Below the pieces are notes generated by a model that saw nothing but the letters and a program-made list of their open reading frames with translations, was not told where the DNA came from and did not search any database. From NCBI RefSeq assembly GCF_963921235.1, contig NC_086108.1, positions 68,140,001 through 68,204,000 on the forward strand: DNA of 64,000 bases, in the 5' to 3' direction. The position numbers were made by a program, and so were the translations under genes. How positions within the stretch are numbered: position 1 is the first letter of the stretch; every line of letters begins with the position of its first letter. This stretch comes from Mobula hypostoma (taxonomy: Eukaryota). Shown one piece after another: positions 48,890 through 62,200 of this stretch.

Positions 48890-49690
48890 GAATTCATTTA
48901 CTGATACATGTGAGAAAATCAGCTTTACATTTAATAACCATACGACAACACACCCACACTGCACCACACTGCCTGTTGACAATGAAACCATAAAAATCAT
49001 GAACCAATTCTCATGACTCAGAAGTCATCTCTCTTTGAAATCAGGCTACGATAATGAAATTTATCACAGCTTTCAATACAGCAGCATGTCCCTTGGTCAA
49101 TTGACAAGAAGAGTATTTGAAGTTCAAGACTTCAGACCTGGCACAAAACCCATGGTCTATCAGACAGCCCATCTCTATCGTTCTGATGCTGGACTATTTG
49201 CAGCAGACATCTTATCTCCAGAAAAATACCACCAAGCTATCTCCATAAGATCTTCCAAACTCCCTGAAAGGATATTCAAACTGGCATCTGCACTATCTTC
49301 CAAGGCAACCTCTACAGATTTAAGACTATTGTTACTTTCAGATGGCTATGTTGGGTTGATCATACCATTGACAAGGCTAACGCTGGAGTCCTGAAATGGT
49401 ATGCTCTAAACTCTGTCATGGTAGAAAATTATATTACATTATAAGACAGTACACTGATGTGTATAAGATTTCCTTAAAGAAGTGCAATATCTCGACTGGG
49501 AGCTGAGAACTTTGACCACACACAATGGAGAAAAAAATATGGAGATAGTATTGAGAACCTTGAGGCCTTGCATTGGGAGCACACTGCATTAGTGGTGGGA
49601 GGAAGTGCACTATCTCACAAGCTACCTGCCCAGTCTGTTGTCTACTTCCTACCCAATTGTGGGGTGCTTGTAGTTCCCAAATAAGAGTGG
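48890..49690 (+). mobile_element. Decayed RTE-clade LINE 3' part
   Basis: DNEIYHSFQYSSMSLGQLTRRVFEVQDFRPGTKPMVYQ resembles the RTE post-RT D.EI..R...AS.AFG.L..RV......TK..VY motif. Confidence 0.7.
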
Positions 49691-51330
49691 AAGGGAGTCA
49701 TTCTGAGCCACAGAAGGGAAAAAAAAATAAATGAAGTTATTATTATTAAGGAAGGGATGCTAAGTCACTTTATGTTGAATGCAGAGTCTTCCTGCTGTCT
49801 TCTCATTTAAAGGTTAGGTAGTCATTTTGATCACATGTAAGAGAACAGGATTGTACTAGCTAATGATGAGGCCAAAATTCGTTAAGTACATGGAAGACAA
49901 GACTTCAAATATACTAAATGGTGTTAAATAAACCAGAGTTATTATCCATTCATTGAAATAGTAATTATCATCCTTTTGGGCGTCCTATTTAGTATTGCTC
50001 TGACTTTGATCAGTATGGCAACATTATTTTGGCAAGGTCATAGATTAGTGCAGAATCTCCTGATCCCTTCTAAAAACAGATTTTTCTCAACTCAGGGTTG
50101 CAACCAAGCAGCAGAGCAACAGATTGACAATTCTGTCATGATTTAACTGAGAGTTACAAACTTAAATCCTTCTTGCTTAGATCAGTACTGAGAAAGGCAA
50201 GTGGTTATGTGATAGCCTAGTTACAGGCACTGAGATATTAATCACAGAACTTCTCTCTAAAGATTCTTAATGAAACCAGTTGATTGTACTTAATGATTCC
50301 TCTCTGCATATTCACAAGCATAGATTCAGATAATTTTTCCCTTTTGCTTTCATAAATATAGAATTATTGAGACCATTTACCTAAGGCAGAAAACACTGTT
50401 CGAGATGAGAAAGTGAAACCTTTTCTGAGCTTTATAACTGTCCCAGAACTGCATGAAAAATTCTCTGTTATGGATTCATAGAAACACATAGCACAGAAAT
50501 CTGCCCTTATGTCCCACCTTGTCCTTGCCAACCGTGATGCCTATCCAGCCAATCCCATTCATCCACTTCCCTCTACTCTGTCCCTGTCATAGAACATGTC
50601 CAAATGCATTTTAAATTCTGTAATAATCCTGCCTCTATTATCTCATCTAACATTGTTCCCAATATTCACCACACTCTGTGTGAAAAATATATCCATCAGA
50701 TTTCCTTTAGAATTCTCCCTTCTCACTTCAAACTCACGCCTCCTACCCTGCAAAAAAAGATTCTACTTATCCTATCTATGCCCCCTGGAATTTTGTAATC
50801 CTCCATAAAGGCAGCACTCATCCTCCTTATTTCCAGTAAGAATGAATGCAATCTATCCAATCTCTCCTTAGAACTGCAGCCCTCCATTCCAGGCAACATC
50901 CTGTTGAATTTCATCAGCACTCTCACTACTACTACCACTAAATTTCTGTTGCAAGACCAGAACTATATAATCTAACAATATTTTGTTCAACTGCAACATG
51001 ACATCTCAACTCTTATACTGAATACCTTGGTCTATGAGGACAAATATATCAAATGTCTTTAAGCACCCTAAACATACATTGCCACTTTTATGGCTGTTAC
51101 GGCTGGTACCACAATGTCTCTGTACATCAATGCTCCTAAGGTTCCTGCCATTTAATCTATTTGTCCTGCCAGAATCTGAAATCCCAACATGCATTATCTC
51201 ATACTTGCCTGGATTAAATTCCACCTGCTACTGCTCTAGCCAACTTTACAGATGATCAATAGCACACTGTATCATCTATCTGGACTCCCTTTGGCTCAGC
51301 TGCTTGAAGAAAAAAACACAGCTTCTCCAA

Positions 51331-51522
51331 GAAACACACACTAAATGCAGGAGGAACTCAGCAGGCCAGGTAACATCTATGGAAAAGAGTAAACAGTCAA
51401 TGTTTCAGGCTGAGACTGTTTGCTCTTTTCCATAGATGCTGCCTGGCCTGCTGAATTGCACCACCATTTTGTGTGTTTTGCATTGGATTTCCAGCATCTG
51501 CAGATTTTCTTGCGTTTGTGCT
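51331..51522. mobile_element. Penelope terminal-repeat-derived inverted-repeat insertion (older subfamily)
   Basis: Inverted arms CAGCAGGCCAGGTAACATCTATGGAAAAGAG and CTCTTTTCCATAGATGCTGCCTGGCCTGCTG. A 13-bp TSD ACAGC(T/C)TCTCCAA lies at 51318-51330 and 51523-51535. Confidence 0.85.
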
Positions 51523-51614
51523 ACAGCCTCTCCAATACCTCCTGCTAAGAGAAACATTCATCGCAGGCAACATCCTGGTAAACTTCCTCTGCACCCAATC
51601 CAATGCAGTCATGT

Positions 51615-53298
51615 CATAAGAACATAATAAGAGCATAAGAACATAAGAAATAGGAGCAGGAGTAGGCGATCCAGCCCATTGAGCCTGCCCCACCATTCAA
51701 TAAGATCATAGCTGACCTGTCCGTAAACTCAGCTCCAACTACCTGCCTTTTCCCCATAACCCTTAATTCTCTTGCTAGGTAAAAACCTATCTAACTGTAT
51801 CTTAAGTATATTTAGTGAATAAGCCTCAACTGCTTCCCTGGGCAGAGAATTCCACAGATTCACCACTCTCTGGGAAAAACAGATTCTCCTCATCTCCATC
51901 CTAAATCTTCTCCCCTGAATCTTGAGGCAATGTCCCCTAGTTCTAGTCTCACCTACCAATGGAAACAACTTTCCTACTTCTATCTTATCTATCCCTTTCA
52001 AAATTTTATATGTTTCTATAAGATCCCCTCTCATTCTTCTGAATTCCAGAGAGTATAGTCCCAGGCGACTCAATCTCTCCTCGTAGGTTAACCCCCTCAT
52101 TCCTGGAATCAACCTGGTGAACCTCCTCTACACTGCCTCCAAAGCCAGTATATCCTGCCTCAAGTATGGAGACCAGAACTGCACACAGTACTCCAGGTGT
52201 GGCCTCACCAGTAACCTGTATAGTTGCAGCATGACCTCCCTGCTCTTGAATTCAATCCCTTTAGCCATGAACGCCAACATTCCGTTTGCCTTCTTAATAA
52301 CCTGTTGTACCTGCAAGCCAACTTTTTGTGATTCATGAACAAGCACTCCCAAGTCCCTCTGCACAACAGCATGCTGCAGTCTTTCACCATTTAAATAATA
52401 ATCTGCTCTTCTATTATTCCTTCCAAAGTGGATGATCTTGCATTTACCAATGTTGTATTCCATCTGTCAGACCTTGGCCCACTTACTTAACCTATCTATA
52501 TCCCTCTGCAGACTCTCCATATCCTCTGCACAATTTGCTTTTTCCACTCAATTTAGTGTCATCAGCAAATTTTCCTACGTTACACTCAGTTCCCTCTTCC
52601 AAATCGTCAATGCAAATGGTAAACAGCTGCGGGGCCAGCACCGACCCTGCGGCACCCCACTCACCACCGACTGCTAACCGGAGAAACAACCATTTATGTC
52701 AACTCTCTACCTTCTATTGGTTAACCAATCCACTATCCATGCCAATACACTTCCTCCGACTCTATGCATCCATATCTTATTTATAAGTCTCTCATGTGGC
52801 ACCTTATTGAATGCCTTTTGGAAATCCAAGTATACGACATCCACCTGTTCCCTTCTATTCACTGCACTCATTATGTCCTCAAAGATCTCCAGTAAGTTTG
52901 TCAAACAGGACCTGCCCTTTCTGAATCCATGCTGCGTCTGTCTAATGGAACCACTTTCTAAATGTTTCGCTATTTCTTCCTTAATGACAGCTTCAAGCAT
53001 TTTCCCGACTACAGATGTTAAGCTAACTGGCCTATAGTTACCCGTCTTTTGCCTACATCCTTTTTTTAAAAAGTGGCTTGACATTTGCTGTCTTCCAATC
53101 CGCCGGGATCTGCCCAGAGTCTACAGAGTTTTGATAAATGATTACCAACACATCTACTATAACCTCCGCCAATTCCTTCAGCACCCTGGAATGCATCCCA
53201 TCAGGACCAGGGGACTTATATACCTTCAGGCCCTCTAGTTTGCTCATCACTATCTCTTTAGTGACTGTGATTTTATCTAGGTCCTCACCTCCCATTTC
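51615..53298 (-). mobile_element. CR1 LINE ORF2 3' half, frameshifted
   Basis: ORFs 53053..53295, 52707..53084, 52492..52689 (KFADD), 52128..52463 and 51729..52112. The tail reads (CATAAGAA)n on +. Confidence 0.92.
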
Positions 53299-53864
53299 GC
53301 CCTTCTTAGAGTGTTGTGATCAGAACAGTACACTACATTCCAGCTGTGGTTTGAACAATGTTTTTTTATAATGTTGTAATTCACATGACTCAGGACTAAA
53401 ATCCATCTGCTACTTCACTAACTAATTTATAAGTTAATAAATTTATTCTGTAGCCTAAGACTATCCTCCTCACCATCAATCTATCCTATTTTCATGTCAC
53501 CTACAAATTTACTAACCATAGCATCTATGTTTACATATAAACCATTAATATATTTAACAAACAGCATGGGTTCCAATCTGTAACCAACACTGCCGGTTAC
53601 AGGTTTCCAATCACAAACGCAATCCTCCACTATCATCCTCCATCCACTACCAATGAGAGTGCATTCTCTGCCGCTGCCTTCTCCACAACTATGTTTTCAT
53701 CATACTTCCCCTGTTGGTACTTTTTACTCTCCTCCTCTCACAGACTATAGTTCGAGCAGGCAGTGTTTTTTCGCAAAAGAGAATGTTTGACAGAACATTA
53801 TCAATAGCACAGCATGAAATTATTTTATGTACTCAGTTACAGCAGTATTTGTTCTTTTAACCAA

Positions 53865-54463
53865 TGTAATGCCCTGGTTCACATGGTTCATATTGTTTCT
53901 CTGTTATGCTCTTCTGTTCTCTGTGTAAGCTGCTTGTTTTGGGTTACTGTTGAAGATAAGATAGAGGAGAAATGTGCGCCATCCGATGGGGATGAACGGA
54001 TTCAGGGGAGGTTTCTCTGGTGACGGTCACTAAGGTTGGGCTTGGGCTTTTGAGAGGGGAGAAGAGAGAAGATGCCGGAGAGAAGAAGTCAAAGGAGTCG
54101 ATCCAGAGTGGGGCCATGATTCGATGAAGCCCGGGGAGATCGAAGGAGGATCGGCAAAGGGGAAACCGTGCACTTCAACTTATGCACATTAGAGTGTTTC
54201 ATTTAAAATGAGCCCTTTTCTTTTTTTTTTGCTTATTCTTTACTAACCCTTTTAGTCAAATTAAGAATTATAAAGCTAAATCTTTTAATTGTATGTGGTG
54301 TACTGTCCGTTATTTTGTGGTACCTACCTGTAACAGGGTAACAAATCACACAGTTTCCACACAAACAGTGTGATTGGGGGGCTTGCCCTTCAATCTCCAC
54401 GTTTGGCGGGGCCGGAAGGTGTCTTCCCTAGACTTACGCAGCCGACGGAACCGGAGTGTTACA
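53865..54463. mobile_element. Probable solo LTR (599 bp)
   Basis: TGTAA...TTACA ends with an imperfect 16-bp terminal inverted repeat (TGTAATGCCCTGGTTC versus the reverse complement of GAACCGGAGTGTTACA). The 4-bp flanks are CCAA and CCGA. Confidence 0.7.
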
Positions 54464-54645
54464 CCGATGTTACATCTACCGCAGCAATGGTATCATATTA
54501 AATCTGTTCTACTGTTGTAATGCAAGAAATATTTAAGGTTTAACTTAAAGGGAGCCAACAATCTCAAAGTGTTTTAAAATCTACCATTTTTTTTGTGTTC
54601 CGATACTCTTGTATAAAATAGTTTGCACATTTTTAATATGCTTAC

Positions 54646-54857
54646 CCCACTTAGACCAAGCAAATCACTTTTGAAGTAATCCATTTTTCTCCTTCCTAGG
54701 TTATCTAGATAACGTTGCAACTGAGGGTAGGTAGAAAGGAAGCAGTAAGCAAATCGGTACACCCCGTTATCCCAGCAAAACGGCAAATAACATAACATAG
54801 TTTTTCCGCTGATCCAGGCAGAGGTAGTAATAGACATTTTTTGAAGGAAGTCTTTGC
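54646..54857 (-). pseudogene. AGBL4: Internal exon of AGBL4 (cytosolic carboxypeptidase 6, CCP6) with a frameshift and premature stop
   Basis: Acceptor TTATCATTTCCAG|G and donor GGG|GTAAGC. Frame A reads (W)QRLPSKNVYYYLCLDQRKNYVMLFA and frame B continues FCWDNGVYRFAYCFLSTYPQLQRYLDNLGRRKMDYFKSDLLGLSG. Together they match the human AGBL4 segment as I recall it: WQRLPPKNVYYYRCPDHRKNYVMSFAFCFDREEDIYQFAYCYPYTYTRFQHYLDSLQKRNMDYFFREQLGQSV. Confidence 0.88.
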
Positions 54858-55312
54858 CTGGAAATGATAATAGAACAAAAGAATTAGATAAATTTATCAC
54901 TCAGTTGTTCCTTTAATTTACAATTGAACAAAAGCCTACAATACAGTTTTAAGGTCATCTGCTTCTGTTTTGTACTTTGTATTTAAGAGGTACTGTTGCA
55001 GACAGATGAAAATATAAGAGTTGGAGTAAGCAAACTTTTATAACTCATTATCCTGAACACAACAGCAGTTAAATTGCATGATACTGTATATTCTAATGAT
55101 CAGTACAGCAGCAACTTTCAATGATGGCACAATAATGAATACAGCATTTTAATACAGTAAAAATATCACATGACATTACAGAGATGTAATGAAAAGAAGG
55201 ATATTGAGTAAAGCAGGACATACAAAACTAGAAAAAAAATTTGTATTTTAAAGGTCAAAGCAAAAAAGAAATTTGAAAACTCGGGAAGAGTTTAAGAACA
55301 GAATTCTAAAGA

Positions 55313-56105
55313 AGAAGAAAAAGGATATCTTTATTGTGGAGCAATGAAACACAGTTTAGCAGCTCAACGTTTTGCAGCACGACAAGAATATATACATAAA
55401 ATAAACTCTAAAACCTCAGGAGTGCCGTCCAAAATTAATAATATATGGATGGGGGGGTAGGACTATTGCACACCTGCCATTCCTGGAAGTGTGATGCATT
55501 TAGCTGCCGCCGTCTTAGGAGGGAGGCAGGAGAAGGGAAGGGGGTGTTATACATTTCACTGCTTGTGGGTAGAAGCTGTTAAGGAGTCTCTTTGTTTTCG
55601 TCCTTAATGCTCTGTATCTCTTCCCAGAAGGTAGAGGGGAAAACAGGTGATGTCCAGGATGAGTGGGATCCTTTGAAATACAAGTAGCCTTCTTTTGAAG
55701 TCTGCCAGTATAAATGTCTCTGAGGGAGGGTAATGTTGTGCCAATAACCCACTCTGCTACCCTCACCACCCTCTGCAAGTCCTTACTGTTCTGTGCAGCT
55801 GGCAAACCACACTGCACAGCAATACGTCAGGAGGCTCTCTATAGTTGTCCGATAGAAGTTGATCAGCAGGTGATAAGGGAGGAGAGCGTGCTTTAGCTTC
55901 CTTAGGAAGTAGCACCTCTGTTGAGCCTTCCCCACCTGATAAGAGATATGGACAGTCCAGGTGAGGTCAGCCGAGATGTGGACGCCGAGGAACTTGAAAC
56001 TCTCTTCTCTCTCCACCTCTTTCCCGTATATGTGCAGAGCAGAGTGCTCGACGCACTTTGATTTCCTGAAGTCTACTATCAGCTCCTTGGGGTGGCTGGT
56101 GGCAC
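55313..56105 (-). mobile_element. Rex1/Babar-type LINE 3' fragment
   Basis: KELIVDFRK, ESFKFLGVHISADLTW, KAQQRCYFLRKLK and KDPTHPGHHLFSPLPSGKRYRA motifs. Confidence 0.9.
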
Positions 56106-56168
56106 GATCGTCAACATTAGGAAAAAAGAGTGGGATCAAAACGAGACAGAATGAAAAGGAGAAGTGTA

Positions 56169-56321
56169 GTTAAAAGGAGGAGTTAGACCTGATGAAGGGT
56201 CTCGGCCTGAACCGTCGACTGTACCTCTTCCTATCGATGCTGCCTGGCCTGCTGCGTTCACCAGCAACTTTGATGTGCGTTGCTTGAATTTCCAGCATCT
56301 TCAGAATTCCTCGTGTTTGCG
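56169..56321 (+). mobile_element. Solitary Penelope terminal repeat with a near-intact hammerhead motif
   Basis: CTGATGA-AGGGTCTCGGCCT-GAAC-CGTCGACT (GAAA>GAAC). A 12-bp TSD AGGAGAAGTGTA lies at 56157-56168 and 56322-56333. Confidence 0.85.
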
Positions 56322-56722
56322 AGGAGAAGTGTACTGTAGGGTTAGCATTTTGTCATATGGAAATAAAGAGGGTCAAGTCCATGAAGGTAATTGAAGAAAA
56401 GATTGAGAATTTTAAATGTGAGTTATGAAGAAGTAGGTAAGCCAACACCACAAACCACTGGGCAGCAGATCTTTATATGAACTAAAGTGTAAAGTAGAGG
56501 TTGAACAGACTGCCAATCTAAATACAAAAAATACACTCTGCAGTTAATAAGGAAATTAATGAAGTTTTCAGTAGCAATGAGCTGAGGCGGGATAGGGATG
56601 GATAATATTACAGATTTGGCCAATGGTGGTCTTTGTGATGAAGATTATATAAAATTAGCTCTGCTGGAGATCATGTGAGAAGATTAGGCTGTGAATCGTT
56701 TTATTTAAAATGAGACAAGTAA

Positions 56723-56862
56723 GGCATAAAACACAACTGATTCTGCAGATGCTGAAATTCCAGAGTAACACGCAGGACTCTGATGAAGGGTCCTGGAACA
56801 TCAACTCTTTATTCCTTTCCATAGATGCTGCCTGACATGCTGAGTTCCTCCAGCATTTTGTG
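56723..56862. mobile_element. Penelope terminal-repeat-derived bipartite insertion
   Basis: CTGCAGATGCTGAAATTCCAGAG in one orientation is followed by CTGATGAAGGGTCC..ATAGATGCTGCCTGAC in the other. A 12-bp TSD TGAGACAAGTAA lies at 56711-56722 and 56863-56874. Confidence 0.8.
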
Positions 56863-56924
56863 TGAGACAAGTAAAGGTGAGGGATTGAAGGATAGTATCA
56901 GGGTGAATGTATAGAGTTTGTGTT

Positions 56925-57297
56925 GGGTCACATGATACTGAACAGGTATCAGGAAATTGGAAACGCATGGCAAAAGTGATGGGTTAGATAATCAGAGTCT
57001 GTTTCCAAGGGCAGAAATGTCAAATACTAGAGGGTATAGTTCTCAGACGAGAGAGGGTAAGTTTAAGTAAGATATGATGCAAGTTTTTTTTTAACAAGGA
57101 GTTTGAAAAGTGATTGGATGGGCCTGCCAGGCTGGTGCTAGAAGCAGTCATGATATCGGTGTTTAAGAAGGGATGAAGGGAGTGGAGGAATATGGATCGT
57201 GTGCAGGTAAATGGGATTTGTTTCATTTGGTATCATGGTCGGCACAGATATCGTGAGCCAAAGGACCTCTTCCTGTGCTGTATCACTCCATGGTCTA
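56925..57297 (+). mobile_element. Old CR1 3' end
   Basis: LFPRAEMSNTRG remnant and a CR1 3' UTR (GGCACAGATATCGTGAGCCAAAGGACCTCTTCCTGTGCTGTA). Confidence 0.7.
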
Positions 57298-59208
57298 AGC
57301 CCACCATTTTATTAAAAAACGTGTTAAGTTTCCTTTGAGTCAGAGAAGCTTATTTCTTCCCTTTGCAACCACCCAGGAGACCTAGAGCCACAACTGGCAA
57401 TTAGGCTTTCAGGGTGTGATACCTGTTTCTGGAGAACTGGGTATGAAGGAGCAAATGTTGCTTAAATCTGGAGGATAAATTTCCACTGGTTCTTGGATTC
57501 CTTGACTGAGACTGAGGATGGAGAATAAAGTTTATTTTGGTATCTCATTGTTCTCTTCAGCAAAGTGTATTGCGAATCTACTTTTTATTATGGTAATTTC
57601 AATTGTGCTATTGTAACTAACAGTTTCTAATTTCTACAACAGCACAAATGTATTTATTAGCCAAATATATTTTCTATGTGCCTGACAAGTGCAATTTATA
57701 TATCACAATAAAATAAGATTTGGATCCTAACAAGCAAAGTAATACAGTTCTTAAAAATCCCAGTTGTCTAGGTATCCATATAGTTGATTTCTAGACTAAC
57801 CTTTTTTGTCATTTATATTCCATTGTTAGCATTTTTAATCTAAAGAATGCAATTGCTATTATTAATTTGATATTATTACAAAAATTAAAATTAAACCCAC
57901 CTACTTTGGACATTATAACTAGGAAGCATTGCCTATTTTACCTCCTGTTTATGTATGAGATAAGTATTCCTACCTACAGGCAGTTGAACAAGAATATTAA
58001 TGAAGTACATTGCTGGATAATAAAAATGTCAGAATACAGACCGAACACGTTCCATAAAAATGAAATATCTCCCATATCTATAATGTTGTTCCAGCTTCAA
58101 GCATGTAGGTCATCATGTGAAAGCTCACTGTTACAGATAGGAACGGGGATATTTTCAACAGAATTAAATTAAAGCTTCTGTTTGATATACTTTTCTAATG
58201 ATGATCCAATGAATTCAAACTCCATTTCATGGTTATTTGCTGTTATTGCCAGACATTTTAAACAGCCATGATAGTTTTTTAACTGATATTTGAAGATCTA
58301 GCAGTCTTGGCTTCAATACTACGAGTCAAGGTACATTCATTATGCTAAAATACTGCATATATTATTGTTGGCTTTAATGGCATAAACTTGGACATCAACA
58401 TTTGTCCTCCCAGATAGAACGCATGCTCATCCAATTCAAGCAATTATGTCTGGCCCAACCTGGTCACTCTAAACTTTCAAGCATTAATCACCATGGCTTC
58501 ACATAACTGCGACGTAACTTATACACCTTTGTATTCCAGTTCTCAAGATAAAAGGCTACATGCACTACCTTTCTAATTACTTTCCTTTAATTATCTTAAC
58601 GATCAATGTAACAGACCTATATATCTCTCTAGACCACTGCTATCATTTAGAAAGTATACAGTTCCAAACATTAAATTACAAACAAAAACAGATAAGGGAA
58701 AACAGTGGTAATTGGATTTCAATGTTGGCAATTGTAAGAATCCCTACTGATGACCGAAAGAGAATGTGTATAGAAATGTTGAATTTGCTTCCAAGTTACA
58801 AACATAACCACTGACAGTTATTAACAAAATCCAGCCACTGTCTTTTTAACGACGCATGGAAAATGAATTGTTTTTACCATATTGGACAAGAAATGCATGA
58901 GATAAATTATCTGAAACGTCTACTCTGTGGTACCTTTAAGTTATCCTGTTGAACAGAAGCTAGCTATGGTTATGTTCTCTACCATGGTCAGAGCAGTGAA
59001 CTTGGCTGCAAGACCACTTAAGTTTTTTTTCCAAATCTTCATGAATAAATGAAGTGAAGTCTTTCAAGATAAAGCACATATAGTAACATTTGAAAATGTC
59101 CTTATAAGGTTGATAAAAACTGTAGTAAATGTAGTAATTAGATGAATGGCCTGTCTTTTGGTGCTGGTGTATGGACCCTATAAAGATGAAGCCTCAGCTG
59201 CTATACTT

Positions 59209-62200
59209 AGAATCATTGTCATAGAGCACTATAGCAAAGAAACAGGCCTTTTTTTATTAATTTTTTTAATGTTTCTACATTGGAACAAAAAAAACCACCA
59301 ACAAAAAGGAAATTTATACAGTGCAAAACCAACGTGTCTGATGTACAATTCATAACAGTAAAGAAAAAGCACCCAAAATAAAATCATATAAAGTTAGTTT
59401 CCACCCCACCCTCCCACTACGCACTCCAAGCCAACCATTACGATATTAAAAAAAAGTTAATCAGAGATTTTGTCACCACAGAGCTGTGAATATAAAAAAA
59501 GTTTATTGCCTACTACCTAAACTATAATATATTTCACATCATAAAAAAAACCATAAAAGTTAACCAGAAAAGAAAGCTGGATGTAAGGGACTAAATCACT
59601 GAAAGAAAAAGGAAGATAAAGCTTTAACCTAAAGGGGAGTTATGAAAATAATCAAGAAAAGGTCCCCACACCTTGCGGAACTTTATATCCAAATTAAGAA
59701 GTGAATAAAGAATCTTTTCAAGATCTAAGCAGGACATTATGTCTCTAAGCCATTGAGCATGAGTGGGTGGGGCTAAGAAGAACTAAACGTCTAGCCAATA
59801 GAGAGGCAAAAGACAACATTTGCCATTTAGTCAGACTCAAACGCGTGTCAACTTCACCCAAAATGCCAAAAAGAGCAATCAAAGGGTTAGGTTCTAAGTG
59901 GCAATTAAGGATATGGGATAAAGTTAAAAAGACATCTCTCCGAAATACATGTGGATAAGAGAAACCTTGCCCACTATACACTTGTCACAAAAGGGACTAA
60001 TATCAGAATAGAACTGTGATAATTTGGCTTTAGACATATGAGCCCTAGGTACAACCTTGAACTGCAAAAGGCAGTGGCGAGCATATAAAGACTTTGAGTT
60101 AACTGACTTAAGAACTGAATCCCAATCCTTGTCAGACAGAGAAATATTTAAATCATGCTCCCAGGCAGTTCTAATTTTATCAAAGGGGGCATGCCTCAAG
60201 GTTGCTAACTTATCACAAATGGTAGATATTAAACTTTTACCCAATGGGTTTATACAAAGAAACAAGTCCACAATATTTTTTCCAGGCATCTCAGGAAAAT
60301 TTGGTATTAAAGGGTTAATAAAATGTCTAATTTGAAGATATCTAAAGAAATGAGTATTAGGTAGGTTAAACTTTGCAGGCAGTTGTTCAAAAGTTGCAAA
60401 ACAATTGTCTATGAAAAGATCTTCAAAACGCCTGATGCCCTTTCTGTACCAAGCATGAAATGTTAAGTCTTGCATAGAAGGTCGGAAAAGATGATTATGA
60501 AAGATAGGACTAGAGATGGAGAAACCATAAAGACCCTAATGTTTTCTGAACTGAGCCCATATTCTCAGAGTATGTCTAATGAGAGGATTAACAATTAGTT
60601 TAGGCAAATGACAAGGAAGTGCGGAAATGGAGACATCCTTAAGGGAGTTCAACTCCAATGCCACCCAGTTTGGGCAGTCAGACTGATCATGAAAGAAAGA
60701 CCAAAAAGTAAGGCAACAAATTACTGGGCAACAAATATTGGTTGCCCAGTAATAAAAACAAAAATTTGGCAAGGCCATACCACCTTCCCTTTTAGGTTTT
60801 TGAAGGTGAACTTTATTAAGTCTGGGACGTTTGCCCTTCCATAGATGGGACGAAATAATAGAATCTAACAAATCAAAAAAAGCTTTAGAAATAAAAATTG
60901 GTAAAGATTGGAATAAGCATAAAAATTTAGGAAGGATATACATTTTAACAACATTAATTCGACCTCCCAGAGACATGGACAGAGGTAACCAGTGTGCCAA
61001 ACCCTGTTTTGTATGATTTAAAAGATTAGTAAAATTTTCTCGAAAAAGATGCTTTAAGTTCCTTGTTTCAGTAATACCGAGGTAAGTGAATTGATTAAGT
61101 ACTACTTTAAAAGGGAGGTTATGAAATTCTAATATTTGTGCTTCTCTGTTATTGGGAAGAGTTCGCTCTTGTGTAAATTAAGTTTGTATCCGGCAAGCTG
61201 GCTAAATTTATTAAGCAGTGCCAACATTGGGAGTAAGGAGATAGTCGGATTTGATATAAAAAGTAAAAGATTATCGACATAAAGAGAAACTTTATGCTCA
61301 ACACCCCCCCCCTTCCAAATCCCCATCAGATCAGCGCAGCTATGAAATGCAATCGCCAATGGCTGTATGGCCAGATCGAAAAGTAAGGGGCTTAAAGGGC
61401 CCCCTTGCCAGGTGCCAAATTTAAGGTTAAAAGGTCGGGATTGCTGACAGTTGGTCAAAACAGAGGCAGTGGGACATGAACATAGCAATTTAATCCATGT
61501 AATAAAACTTTGTCCAAAGTCAAATTTTTCTAAAACTGCAAAAAGATAATTCCACTCCACACGATCAAACGCTTTTTCCGCGTCAAGAGAGATGACACAT
61601 TCAGGAGTCCCAATTGAAGGTGAATACAAGATATTAAATAGATGCTGTATATTAAAAAAAGGGGAGATGATTTTTAATAAAACCAGTTTGATCTTCAGAA
61701 ATAATTGAGGGTACAATGTTCTCTAATCTACGAGACAAAATTTTAGCCAAAACTTTAACATCAACTTTTAACAAAGAAATTGTCCTATACGAGGAACACT
61801 CTGTTGGGTCTTGGCCTTTTTTCGCTAAAAGAATGATACTTGCCTCATTAAATGACCATGCTGGCAATTGACCATGTTTAAATGAATCGGATAAAACTAA
61901 GGTTAATTGAGGCAAAAGCAGTGAGGAAAATGATTTATAGACTTCTGCAGAGAACCCATCAGGTCCAGGAGATTTAACAGACTGCAGTGCAGAAGTGGCT
62001 AAATATATTTCCTCCAATGATAATGGCTCATTGAGTTTTGCTTTGAGATCAGGAGAAAGCGAAGGAATATTTAAACTATTTAAGAAATACTCACCAGAAA
62101 TGCTATCATTTAAAGATTCAGAGGAATATAGTCGAGAATAATAATTCTTGGATGTATCATTAATTTCAGAATGATTCAAAGTAATGTTCCCATTTCCCAT

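Larger units (their letters stand above)
50475..53645 (-). mobile_element. Old CR1 fragments (50475-51614, 53300-53645) hosting younger inserts
   Basis: MEFNPGKYEIMHVG, KFNRMLPGMEG and WVQRKFTRMLP remnants. Confidence 0.7.

Noticed and set aside
54574..54900. 108-aa ORF as a standalone protein
   Set aside because: Only its second half is in the AGBL4 frame. Its ends lie in intron sequence beyond the splice sites.
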